A DNA stretch of 64,000 bases from IMG/VR virus record IMGVR_UViG_3300023276_001265; one strand, given 5' to 3'. Position 1 is the first letter of the stretch. Every line of letters begins with the position of its first letter. Both the position numbers and the translations under genes were made by a program. Below the pieces are notes generated by a model. The model had not been told where the DNA came from. It did not search any database and worked only from the letters and a program-made list of their open reading frames with translations. Source of the stretch: a virus. Below are positions 1 to 8,546 of this stretch, one piece after another.

Positions 1-1410
1 GTGGCGGACTTCGATGTCAGGACGTGCTCCACATTCTGGGCACTTGCCGTGTTGACCGGCGTAGTCGGTATAGCTCGTACCGCTCGCGCCGCAGCCCTTA
101 CAGCCGCAGGATTTGTCCTCGTTGCGAACATCGATCTGCTCACGATCACTGAGCTGAGGATCGGTCTTGTTGCCACCAGGCGTAGCTGAACCGCCGCCGC
201 CTTTGCCCTCTTTGTTCATGGCGACTTGCTGGCGCAAGGTCAACTGGGGGTCAGTTGACGCTGCGAGCGAATACTGAGTGTCTGGATTGCGCTGGAAGTG
301 TTCGGCATCACCCGCTTGACGCGCTGCCTGATTACCAGAACGACGCGCTCTCCTGGTAATACCCCTCCGCTCGGCGTTTCCGCTACGACCATCACCGGTA
401 CGGTCGTAGGCCTTCCCTTGAGGCTTGGAGTAGGGAGTCTGTCCAGTCTTCTGCCCCGTGTGACTCGTCGTTGCGCGGTTTAGGTGGTCGGCGAAATTGT
501 AAGCTGGTGATTTGATCGGGTAGCTGTTCTGGTGAGGAGCGCCGCCAAGTCCGGACTGCTTTCCAGGGCCGGTGTCCCTGCGGACTGATTCACTGAACGC
601 GCCAGTGTCCTTGTTCATGCGGACCAGCTGGCGCAGCTTCATCTGCGGGTCGCACTTGTTTCCACCAGAAGTAGCGCCACCGCTGCCACCGCCAGTCTCG
701 CTGTTGACGTCGACCAGTTCGCGCTTGTCGAGCTGGGCATCTCCATCTTCGACGTGCATCATCGAGTGTCGTAGAGGGCGACGATGAACAAAGCCGTTCT
801 CGTCTTCCATATCCCAAGACTCACTCTTGGAGCCCGCACCTTCAGGGGCCTTAGGAACGCGATCGTCCTTTTCCTTGACCTCTTCGAACTCCGTCTCGCT
901 CTCAGGGCCTGGGCCCTTCTTGCACTCGTTCTCGGTAAAGAACTTCTCCATGTTCCGGAGACGGCTCTTGCGACGGCCCTTTGAGCTCTTGGTCAGAGTC
1001 TTCTTGATACGGTCGAGCAGCATGTCGACGTCGGTGCGCTCCATCGTCTCTCGGAGAAGAGGCTGGCGCACCTCGATCAGGCGAGTGGTGGTGTCCCAGT
1101 CAGCGTCCTGGGTCATCTTTGTGAGCTTGTGGTAGTTGGCGTAGGTCAGGCCGGACTCGGTCATGCAGACGAATGTTTCTCTGCCATCCCAACCAGTAAC
1201 GTAGTGAGGATTTGACCCATCAGCCTCAGTGAGGCGCATCACAATGCTTGCATTGTCGCGGCCCGCACTGTTCCACTGTTCTTTGAGCGTGACGCTCGCC
1301 TCAGGGGATAGGATGGCCCGCTTTGCAGCAACGAGGTATTCCCTTCCACTGGCCCGATTACCGGTAGCCTTGAAGAGGATATCGCTGACAGTGTTTTGTT
1401 CTGCGCTCAT
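1..1410 (-). CDS. Partial (runs off the left edge) low-complexity protein with internal DPQLxxRQxVxMN/GGNKxDPQ repeats and CxxC motifs; probable virion/internal head protein
   Basis: Absent from the ORF track because it has no stop in the window. Translated by hand from ATG at 1410 (MSAEQNTVSDILFKATG...); open for 470 codons to position 1; same strand as neighbouring genes. Confidence 0.75.
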   Translation of the reverse strand, partial: MSAEQNTVSDILFKATGNRASGREYLVAAKRAILSPEASVTLKEQWNSAGRDNASIVMRLTEADGSNPHYVTGWDGRETFVCMTESGLTYANYHKLTKMTQDADWDTTTRLIEVRQPLLRETMERTDVDMLLDRIKKTLTKSSKGRRKSRLRNMEKFFTENECKKGPGPESETEFEEVKEKDDRVPKAPEGAGSKSESWDMEDENGFVHRRPLRHSMMHVEDGDAQLDKRELVDVNSETGGGSGGATSGGNKCDPQMKLRQLVRMNKDTGAFSESVRRDTGPGKQSGLGGAPHQNSYPIKSPAYNFADHLNRATTSHTGQKTGQTPYSKPQGKAYDRTGDGRSGNAERRGITRRARRSGNQAARQAGDAEHFQRNPDTQYSLAASTDPQLTLRQQVAMNKEGKGGGGSATPGGNKTDPQLSDREQIDVRNEDKSCGCKGCGASGTSYTDYAGQHGKCPECGARPDIEVRH

Positions 1411-1450
1411 GGTCAGATTCCTTCGACGGTATTCTGCATCAATGTACAGT

Positions 1451-2347
1451 CTACTTCAACAACAGGCTCAGACGGGGCAAGTTGTTGGAAGTGAGTCTAT
1501 ACGACTCATGGTGAGGTTGAGATTGTTTGATCTGCCGCAGCAGTCCTTCTAGCTCGTCATTCAGGCTATCGATCTGCTTCTGCTTTTGATCAATTTGCTG
1601 ATGAACCCCGATAAGCTGTGCCGACTGTGGTGGCGGCTGGGCGTGGTGGCGTCTCCCTTGATCGTGCTGGCGCTGTACCTGCAGACGCTCGCTATCGGAC
1701 TTTCTAATCTGACGATAGTCTCTAGATGTCTTTTTGCGCAGTCCCAGAGGCTGTTCTCGGGGTTTCTCCAGGTTATTAACCCAGGTCATTCCGCCCGCAC
1801 TGTCAGCGGGTCCGGGAGTATGTGGGTAGTCCCCGAGCGCCTCTCCAATCCGGACCGCAGATTGAGGATCATAGGCTGGTCTTTGGGACAAGGAGTCCTT
1901 CCCGGCCTGTGTTAATTGTTGCGACTGGTGGTTCAGCTCGGCGACCTTTTTCCGAAGCTCGGCGATTTCTTTGTGGATAGCATCAACCCTATCGTGTCGA
2001 TGGTCTCGGGCCCCAGGGGAGGGGTGGGCGGTCGATGAAGTGAACGATGGATGAGTAGGAGGGCTACTCTTGAATTCGCCTTCAGCCATATGCTTGGGCT
2101 TCGGAAGATCATACTTCCAGTCTTCTCGCTCTATCGCATCCCACGCATAGGGCGGCGCCATCTCGCCCCTCTGACGACCTGGTGGGACGATCTTTAGTCG
2201 CTTGATCGGTCGCTTACCCATCGTCTTCTTGAGAAGGCGCAATGGGACCCTATTGATGTTGTCTACGTCAATTCCAGGAGGAGGCGGGTCGCTGGAATAT
2301 CCACGCCCGACCGAGTTACCTGAAGTTGGAGCGAGGAATAAGCTCAT
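1451..2347 (-). CDS. Hypothetical Pro/Gln-rich protein with two coiled-coil segments
   Basis: 298-aa ORF tightly packed in the minus-strand gene run. Confidence 0.7.
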   Translation of the reverse strand: MSLFLAPTSGNSVGRGYSSDPPPPGIDVDNINRVPLRLLKKTMGKRPIKRLKIVPPGRQRGEMAPPYAWDAIEREDWKYDLPKPKHMAEGEFKSSPPTHPSFTSSTAHPSPGARDHRHDRVDAIHKEIAELRKKVAELNHQSQQLTQAGKDSLSQRPAYDPQSAVRIGEALGDYPHTPGPADSAGGMTWVNNLEKPREQPLGLRKKTSRDYRQIRKSDSERLQVQRQHDQGRRHHAQPPPQSAQLIGVHQQIDQKQKQIDSLNDELEGLLRQIKQSQPHHESYRLTSNNLPRLSLLLK

Positions 2348-2353
2348 ACTTGA

Positions 2354-3823
2354 TTAGTAGATCGACCCGCGACCCTGCGCCATATCGATCATGCGATTGA
2401 TGGTAAACACCAATGGCTCAGGAGTAGTGGACGACGCTCTAGACGCGTTTTGCTCAGTCTCGGCCGACATCATCGTCTGCCAGAGCTGGGTCAGGTTGGC
2501 GCCCTCAGCGACAAAGCCTTGATCTCTGATCCAAGGCTCTGCGAGAGAAGAGCTGACAATCTCGTGGTAAGCGTCCGGTGCGCCCTTACTGAGGCACTTC
2601 TTGTGGAGCTTCTTGGCCCACGTATCGGTGACCTTCTTGTCCTTCACGGCGGCGCAAGCATGGTCCATTTTGTGACCGAGCTGCTGGAACAGGGACGCAA
2701 CTTTGACGTTGGCGATGGTTTTGTCCATCTTGTCCGGGTCGGCCTTGATGCCCAGAGCCTTCTTATCTGGGGTCTTCTTACCACCCTTTTTGCTCTTGGT
2801 CTTGCTCTTGCTCTTCTTGGCCTCCGCGATCATGCTCTCCATCATGGTCGTCTTCTGGAAGAACCCGTTTGAGGACTTGGAGCGCGTGCGCGTGCGGCGC
2901 TTCTCGTCCCGAATCGCCTCGCTGCGGATCTCGATCTCAGCGGCTTGATCTTTTGGATCCTTCCGCTTACCGCCACCTAGCGCGTTGAGTGGCTCCCTTT
3001 GAAGAAAGGCCCCTTGGCGCATTTTGCCGATGTCGCTGAGGTCGCCGAGAGGCTTCAGAAATGGGCCGACAGATGGGGCACTAGTCGCCTCATGGCGCTG
3101 GTTTGTAGGCACCTCTTGTCGTTGGGCCGCAGTTGCGCCCTGTGCCGGATGTGCGGTGCGCTGGGGCTGACCGGTGGGTTGATCAACATTGGTGGGACCA
3201 GCGCCCTCTGGGACGGCTGATCTCTTAGCAGCTTCCTGGGCGCAGCGCTCTGACTCACAGCCGTGATAGTCCGCCAGCGCAGCATGCGACGAGCGCAGCT
3301 GCTTGAGCATCCCCATCTTCGCCTGGTGCTTCGCTGCAGTGAACGGCAGACCAGCTTTGCTAGCTTCTCCCGCTAGTCTGGTTAGCTCTTCTTCTTCCCT
3401 GCCGCTCTGGTCGGCCAGCGTTGCGTAGTGCTTCTTGAATGCAAGATGCTTGGCCGCTTCGTTCTCGGAGATAACGGGGAGTCCCTTGCGAAGCTCCTGC
3501 TCAAGGCCGAGCATCGCTGTTGCGACGAAGTCCTTGACAGCAAGCGCTTCATCACCAGCCAGGCCATAAAGACCAAGGTCTGGAATGCGGCCCATGCGCA
3601 TCGATGCCTCAACAGCACCGGCGACTACAGCCGGGTCAATCCGGCGATCTTCAGCGAATGCCATAATCTCAGGCATACGGGCTCGAAGAACCAGTTCTCT
3701 GGTGTCCGGGCTCATATCACGGGCGTAACGGCTAAAGCCGCGAACTGGCGCCTCAAGGGGCGAGTTCTCAGAAAGACGACGGCGGAAAGTCGCAGCCGCT
3801 GCGTTGAACTTGTTCTTGCTCAT
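2354..3823 (-). CDS. Hypothetical protein, probable internal head protein
   Basis: 489 aa; L/I-x-E motifs (RLSE, VISE); Lys-rich segment; SD-like GAGG upstream. Confidence 0.7.
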   Translation of the reverse strand: MSKNKFNAAAATFRRRLSENSPLEAPVRGFSRYARDMSPDTRELVLRARMPEIMAFAEDRRIDPAVVAGAVEASMRMGRIPDLGLYGLAGDEALAVKDFVATAMLGLEQELRKGLPVISENEAAKHLAFKKHYATLADQSGREEEELTRLAGEASKAGLPFTAAKHQAKMGMLKQLRSSHAALADYHGCESERCAQEAAKRSAVPEGAGPTNVDQPTGQPQRTAHPAQGATAAQRQEVPTNQRHEATSAPSVGPFLKPLGDLSDIGKMRQGAFLQREPLNALGGGKRKDPKDQAAEIEIRSEAIRDEKRRTRTRSKSSNGFFQKTTMMESMIAEAKKSKSKTKSKKGGKKTPDKKALGIKADPDKMDKTIANVKVASLFQQLGHKMDHACAAVKDKKVTDTWAKKLHKKCLSKGAPDAYHEIVSSSLAEPWIRDQGFVAEGANLTQLWQTMMSAETEQNASRASSTTPEPLVFTINRMIDMAQGRGSIY

Positions 3824-3890
3824 TCGTTTGCCTCAAACTCGCTAAAGTCTATACCAGGCTTCATGGTAACGCGGTAAGTGATGCAAGTCA

Positions 3891-4193
3891 CTACTCGTTC
3901 ACCAGCTCGGTGTAATAGCCCTTGAAAAGTAGTTCCTGACGCGCCCGCTCTCGCTGGTTGGTCAGGTGGAACCGGAATTCGGCGAAATCGGTGCCGAAGC
4001 TACCGCCAAACTGCCAGTCCTCGGGATCTGGAACCACCCCTCGGATGATCTTACCGATGCTATCCTCGGTCTCTCCGGCAATCATTGCGTGGAACGGACT
4101 CCGACGACGAACCCTGAGCACGAGAGTGTAGAGCTTTGGGCACTCTACAATCTGCTCTTTCCGCTGAGGGAGGTTGTCGGAGAGGTATCCCAT
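3891..4193 (-). CDS. Hypothetical protein
   Basis: 100 aa; start abuts the upstream stop (TAA-ATG). Confidence 0.65.
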   Translation of the reverse strand: MGYLSDNLPQRKEQIVECPKLYTLVLRVRRRSPFHAMIAGETEDSIGKIIRGVVPDPEDWQFGGSFGTDFAEFRFHLTNQRERARQELLFKGYYTELVNE

Positions 4194-6782
4194 TTAGGTG
4201 GAAAGCCTCAGTGAAACTGACTCGTAGAACACCTGCTCGTCGTGAAGAGCACGCAGCTCAGTGATGATGATGTCGAGACGACCGGGGTGGAGATTGACGT
4301 GCTCACCGAGCCACCCACGGAACAGGGCCAACATGTCGTCTTCAACGAGACGCTGATCTTGATTAGGATCATGCTCGCGCGTATGAGCACCCTGTTGTCT
4401 AGAAAACCCTTTTAGGGCTGGGTGCAAAACGTGCCATTCTTCATTATGATTTATCGCGTTTTCTGCCCGCTTAGCGACACTGCCTGTTTGTTTCCCCAAC
4501 TTATGGTCGCGCCCAACAATGGAATGCCAAAATGGGTAGTATTCGTGGGACGTGAGCTCTTCACCTTTCAAACCCTTAAGGGAACTGGTGATGCGATCCC
4601 ACTGAGGAATCTGCTTTCTAACAGCGTCCGCCATACTCTTTGAAGTCTTAACCGCCCCCCTCTCTATTTTACTCCTACCAGGCTTTTTAGAACCGGCCTG
4701 CCAATCAGCCATTAGCTTGACCGGATCGAGCTGATTGTTGTTGATCGCAATTCCGGGTGGTGGTTGAACCTCCAACTTATCAACTGAAATTGGTTGGAGC
4801 GCCGGGTGCCCAAGCGTCCGAAGCATGTCACCCCTAGCGGCTACACGCTGGGCATGAGCCTGAGGCTCTTCACCTATGTGTCGCTTAATTTCTGCGTGGG
4901 TATGCCACGCCTGTGTCGCCCGGTCCCGAAGACCATTGAGGATACCTGTCCACGGCCCACTGTGGGTGTAGTTAGGGATCACAGTCCTGAAATAATCAGC
5001 TCCAGAACCTCTCTTGAACATCCCCGCCTCTAACTGACCAGTCTTTGGGTTCTCTACCGCCGGAGCTCCGAGGGTGCTGCGCAACCAGTCCCCCATGTTG
5101 ACGGTGTAGGGCACAACCGCCCCGGTATTTGGATCTTTGTAGGATCGTTCAAAAACCCCAAGCCGCCCTTTGTTTCCACCTAGTCGTGGATCAGTAAGCA
5201 GTCTCTCCGCTCTCGCTAGAGCCCTCCCCTGGTAGGCCTTGATAGCATCTCTCGGCGACATATCTCCGTGTTGGGCCGCATCGAACTCCGAACCCATTGC
5301 GAGTCTACCGAGTGCATCGCCAGCAGCTCGCTGTTTCACAGGGTCGAGAGGTGCGGCCTGCACATCGCGTGCTCTTTCCAGGGCACCTTCTGCATGTTTA
5401 TCAATCGTCTGGTCGCGGGCAACCTGTGCCCGCTCCTTGGGCGTCATAGCTTTAAGTTCTTCAGGAGTGTAACTAGGACGGGCTGCGCCAGTCCCCTGCC
5501 GCCTATCGTTAATTGCGGACCGCAGACCCGCTTCGCCCTGCTGTCTTCCTCGTGCCCCTAAGCCTTCGACCCCCGCTTGACCTTCTATATATCTTCCCAT
5601 GTTCGTCAATTGCTTAACAAAGGTTGAAGCGTGGTCTTGGTGCGAGTCGTGGTCAACTTCGGGGTTTATTGACCCTGCCTCCCACGCCGCCTGCGCTTCC
5701 GCCCTCTTTGCACGGTGTGCATCCATTGCATCAGAAAAACCTGCCGGATCACCTCTAAAATCCTTTTTAACGGGCTCTCGCCCTAGCCCGAGGATAGCGT
5801 CATCGTGGTGCCTGAACTTCGTGGCGATGGCATTCGCCATAGCGGATCGACCGCCAATCGCATTACCCTTACCGGCGGACGGAGTCGCCCATGTGGCAAG
5901 AATCTCTGAAGCCCTAGCATCACTCTGAGGATTACTCTGCCCATCATTTAGTGCAGCAGAGATGTGTGGGTGAAGACGGGTCACCATGTCATTTATATGA
6001 GGCCTTACATTGTCCTCGACGTACTTCGCCGCAGCGCGTTTAGCCTCCGTACGCTGGGCGCGGGTCATGCCTGCTCCATGACCTTTAGCGTGTACCTCCT
6101 TAGCCCCAGCAAGCCCTTTATTGATGGCATGTCCGCTTTGGCGGGCGTCATAGCCCTCTTTGTAGCCCGCAGCGTATTCTCCACCCTCGGCCGGGTCCTC
6201 GTAAGCCTTTCCACGCTTGGATGCCACCCAACCGGCCTGATAGCCCTTACGGTGCTCAGGGGTTCCACTTGCTCCAGATTTTGATGAAGCGGGCTTAGGC
6301 TCCGGCTCCGGCTTTGATTGCGGCGCCTGACCTCCAGATCCCCGCATGAACCTGGCAGCAGCGTCATCATCAGGAAGGGAGCCAGCATCGTCTGGATTAT
6401 CATCGCTACCATCATCGATGAACAATGGCTCTGGTTCTGGTTCTGACTTTGGCTCTGACTTTGGCTCTGGCTCCTCAGAATCTTTGTGAATTTTGCGATA
6501 ACCTGGATCGTTTTTCATTCTCCAATCGTGGATAGCATCGTCGTCTTCATCTTCATCTCCAGCAGCTCTGTCGCGCTCTTCTGCGCCGTCACTCCCATCA
6601 TCAAAGTCATCGTCGTCGTAGTTATCCCAGTCGGGGCCCTCACTAAGGAGCTTCGCCTTGATACCTGGGGATAGGCTCTCCAGAACATCAAGGGTCTTCT
6701 GATACATTCGCTCAAGAACGGCGTTGCAAGAGTAGAACCCGTCAATGCTCTCGGCAATCAATTTGCCTACATCTACTGCCAT
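4194..6782 (-). CDS. Large acidic/low-complexity protein with an RMF-like GYxxG...GYxxGY hairpin; probable processed internal head protein
   Basis: 862 aa; N-terminal KLIAE and KLLSE; D-rich tract; EPKS/EPEP repeats; start overlaps the upstream stop, with AAGGAG SD. Confidence 0.75.
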   Translation of the reverse strand: MAVDVGKLIAESIDGFYSCNAVLERMYQKTLDVLESLSPGIKAKLLSEGPDWDNYDDDDFDDGSDGAEERDRAAGDEDEDDDAIHDWRMKNDPGYRKIHKDSEEPEPKSEPKSEPEPEPLFIDDGSDDNPDDAGSLPDDDAAARFMRGSGGQAPQSKPEPEPKPASSKSGASGTPEHRKGYQAGWVASKRGKAYEDPAEGGEYAAGYKEGYDARQSGHAINKGLAGAKEVHAKGHGAGMTRAQRTEAKRAAAKYVEDNVRPHINDMVTRLHPHISAALNDGQSNPQSDARASEILATWATPSAGKGNAIGGRSAMANAIATKFRHHDDAILGLGREPVKKDFRGDPAGFSDAMDAHRAKRAEAQAAWEAGSINPEVDHDSHQDHASTFVKQLTNMGRYIEGQAGVEGLGARGRQQGEAGLRSAINDRRQGTGAARPSYTPEELKAMTPKERAQVARDQTIDKHAEGALERARDVQAAPLDPVKQRAAGDALGRLAMGSEFDAAQHGDMSPRDAIKAYQGRALARAERLLTDPRLGGNKGRLGVFERSYKDPNTGAVVPYTVNMGDWLRSTLGAPAVENPKTGQLEAGMFKRGSGADYFRTVIPNYTHSGPWTGILNGLRDRATQAWHTHAEIKRHIGEEPQAHAQRVAARGDMLRTLGHPALQPISVDKLEVQPPPGIAINNNQLDPVKLMADWQAGSKKPGRSKIERGAVKTSKSMADAVRKQIPQWDRITSSLKGLKGEELTSHEYYPFWHSIVGRDHKLGKQTGSVAKRAENAINHNEEWHVLHPALKGFSRQQGAHTREHDPNQDQRLVEDDMLALFRGWLGEHVNLHPGRLDIIITELRALHDEQVFYESVSLRLST

Positions 6783-7633
6783 GCGGGTAGCTCCTTCTTG
6801 ATCGCTGAGATCAAGCCCGTTCTGTGACTACGATCCCCCCACGCTTGGCGTGCGTCGATCAGCCGTCTGTAGGTCTCATATTTTCGCGGCAGGTGGGGGA
6901 CCTGATCGCGAATCTCAAACATCCATTCTAGGATGGTAACCGAATCGTGATGCGGCCAGATCACCTGATTGGTTACTACTGATCCCCTGGTGTTGAGTTC
7001 AGCGCTGAGGCGAGACTTTACTGATTCCAGAAACTTAGGACTAGCTCCTGCGATAGATAGACCGACCATCGGCTTACGCCCAGGTCGTGATCCGTTGCTG
7101 TGGTAAACAGATCCATCACCGTCGAATAGTCCGAGCATGAAGTGCTGCATCAGACTTTCAGGAACTAGAGGAAGGTCAACCATCTTTAGGGACTTAGCCG
7201 GAACGACTCCTACCTGGGTGAGCCAGGTGGCCATTCGTGGGCTGCACACATTTAACGTGTAAACGTCGTCTTTGTAGGGACCACGGACACTACCCCCGAC
7301 CAGGGGAAGAACGGATCGCAAGTGGTCACGCCCGCTCTCATGGCTCTGACTAACGGAGAATCCGGTGCCGTTTTTCCTCACGTTCCCATCAGCGGTCAAA
7401 AACCCCACAACGTAGGACAACGACGCCGACCACGACTCGACGAATGCTTCGTTAGGAACGAGATTTGAGCCCCCGGTATGTGGGACTCGGATCTTCCAAT
7501 AACGATTGTTCCGGAGACGTACGGAGGTCCTAGACCGACCAAGTTGGTCGGCCACAGCTCCAAGATCACGGCTCTCCTCAAGGAGGAGACGGCCCAGAGA
7601 ATTATCGTCTGACGTCCAACGCTTACCGGGCAT
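6773..7633 (-). CDS. Free-standing LAGLIDADG homing endonuclease with N-terminal HTH
   Basis: Two LAGLIDADG motifs (YVVGFLTADG, FMLGLFDGDG); GVVPAKS motif; C-terminus LISAIKKELPAWQ duplicates the end of the upstream gene. Confidence 0.9.
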   Translation of the reverse strand: MPGKRWTSDDNSLGRLLLEESRDLGAVADQLGRSRTSVRLRNNRYWKIRVPHTGGSNLVPNEAFVESWSASLSYVVGFLTADGNVRKNGTGFSVSQSHESGRDHLRSVLPLVGGSVRGPYKDDVYTLNVCSPRMATWLTQVGVVPAKSLKMVDLPLVPESLMQHFMLGLFDGDGSVYHSNGSRPGRKPMVGLSIAGASPKFLESVKSRLSAELNTRGSVVTNQVIWPHHDSVTILEWMFEIRDQVPHLPRKYETYRRLIDARQAWGDRSHRTGLISAIKKELPAWQ

Positions 7634-7677
7634 CGCTATTGCCAGTTAGGCAACTCCTTCTTTATGGCAGAAATAAG
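6815..7677 (-). mobile_element. Homing-endonuclease cassette with a replacement 3' end of the ParB-like gene (boundaries approximate)
   Basis: Flanked by recoded duplicates 7636-7677 and 6773-6814 encoding LISAIKKELP(N/A)WQ*. Confidence 0.75.
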
Positions 7678-8541
7678 GAACTCATTGATCTGATCTGAAT
7701 TTGCCTGGCAAGTCTCGACCAACTCGCCAATTAGTTTATTGAGATGCGCCGTCTCGTTGACGACCAAGTGGGTGTGACCGGCAACGCCAAAGTAGAGATA
7801 TCCCTGGGTGCACGTATCTGCGCTCTGTTGCAGGACGTCCATCTGGAACGCCTTCAGTGATGTCAGCAGGGCCCTTTGATCGGCGAAGGCCTTCTTCTTA
7901 CCCTTGCCCGGCTGGGTCGTGACTTCGTTACCTTCGTCATCCTTTGGGGGACGGCGCTTATCTGGAGAGGCTCCAGTGTTGGCCTGCTCTGATGGTGTCT
8001 TGGAGTTCGAGGATCCGCCGCCGACCTTCGCCTTCTCCACTTCGACCATCGTGTCAATCACTTCTTGGCTGTAACGCTTCTTGAGATCCTCCATTCGCTC
8101 TTCACGAACGAGCATGCGCCGACGCGCAGCCTCAGATGAGATCCCCCACTTGCCAGTGATCTTCTTCTGAAGCTCTGCGTAACGCGTCCGGTTGATCTTG
8201 CCCCGGATGTTGTTCCGCTTAACGCTCCACTCCATGAGCGCTTCTTCGTCCGCATCAGAGAGGTGCTCTTTGACGACGCACGGCATGTGCGTCATCTCAA
8301 GCGCCAGGCACACCTTCTTACGGTGCTCACCACCGAGGAGACGGAACTTTCCTTTGTCCTCCCCCTCAGTGATAGGAACAACCTGTCCAGGCTCATCGAA
8401 CCCGCCGTCCCTGACTGCTTCAAGTAGGGCCGCAAATTCAGGCTCGTCCATCTCGTTCACGTTCCAGTCGCACAAGACTAGAGCATCAACGGGAATTAGA
8501 ACGGCACCCTCCCAGGTTGCGAATGACGCGTTTTTAGACAC
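7636..8541 (-). CDS. ParB/Sulfiredoxin N-terminal domain protein
   Basis: WNVNEM..EFAALLEAVRDGGFDEP..LLGGEHRKKVC..MPCVV. Confidence 0.85.
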   Translation of the reverse strand: MSKNASFATWEGAVLIPVDALVLCDWNVNEMDEPEFAALLEAVRDGGFDEPGQVVPITEGEDKGKFRLLGGEHRKKVCLALEMTHMPCVVKEHLSDADEEALMEWSVKRNNIRGKINRTRYAELQKKITGKWGISSEAARRRMLVREERMEDLKKRYSQEVIDTMVEVEKAKVGGGSSNSKTPSEQANTGASPDKRRPPKDDEGNEVTTQPGKGKKKAFADQRALLTSLKAFQMDVLQQSADTCTQGYLYFGVAGHTHLVVNETAHLNKLIGELVETCQANSDQINEFLISAIKKELPNWQ

Positions 8542-8546
8542 AGGAA

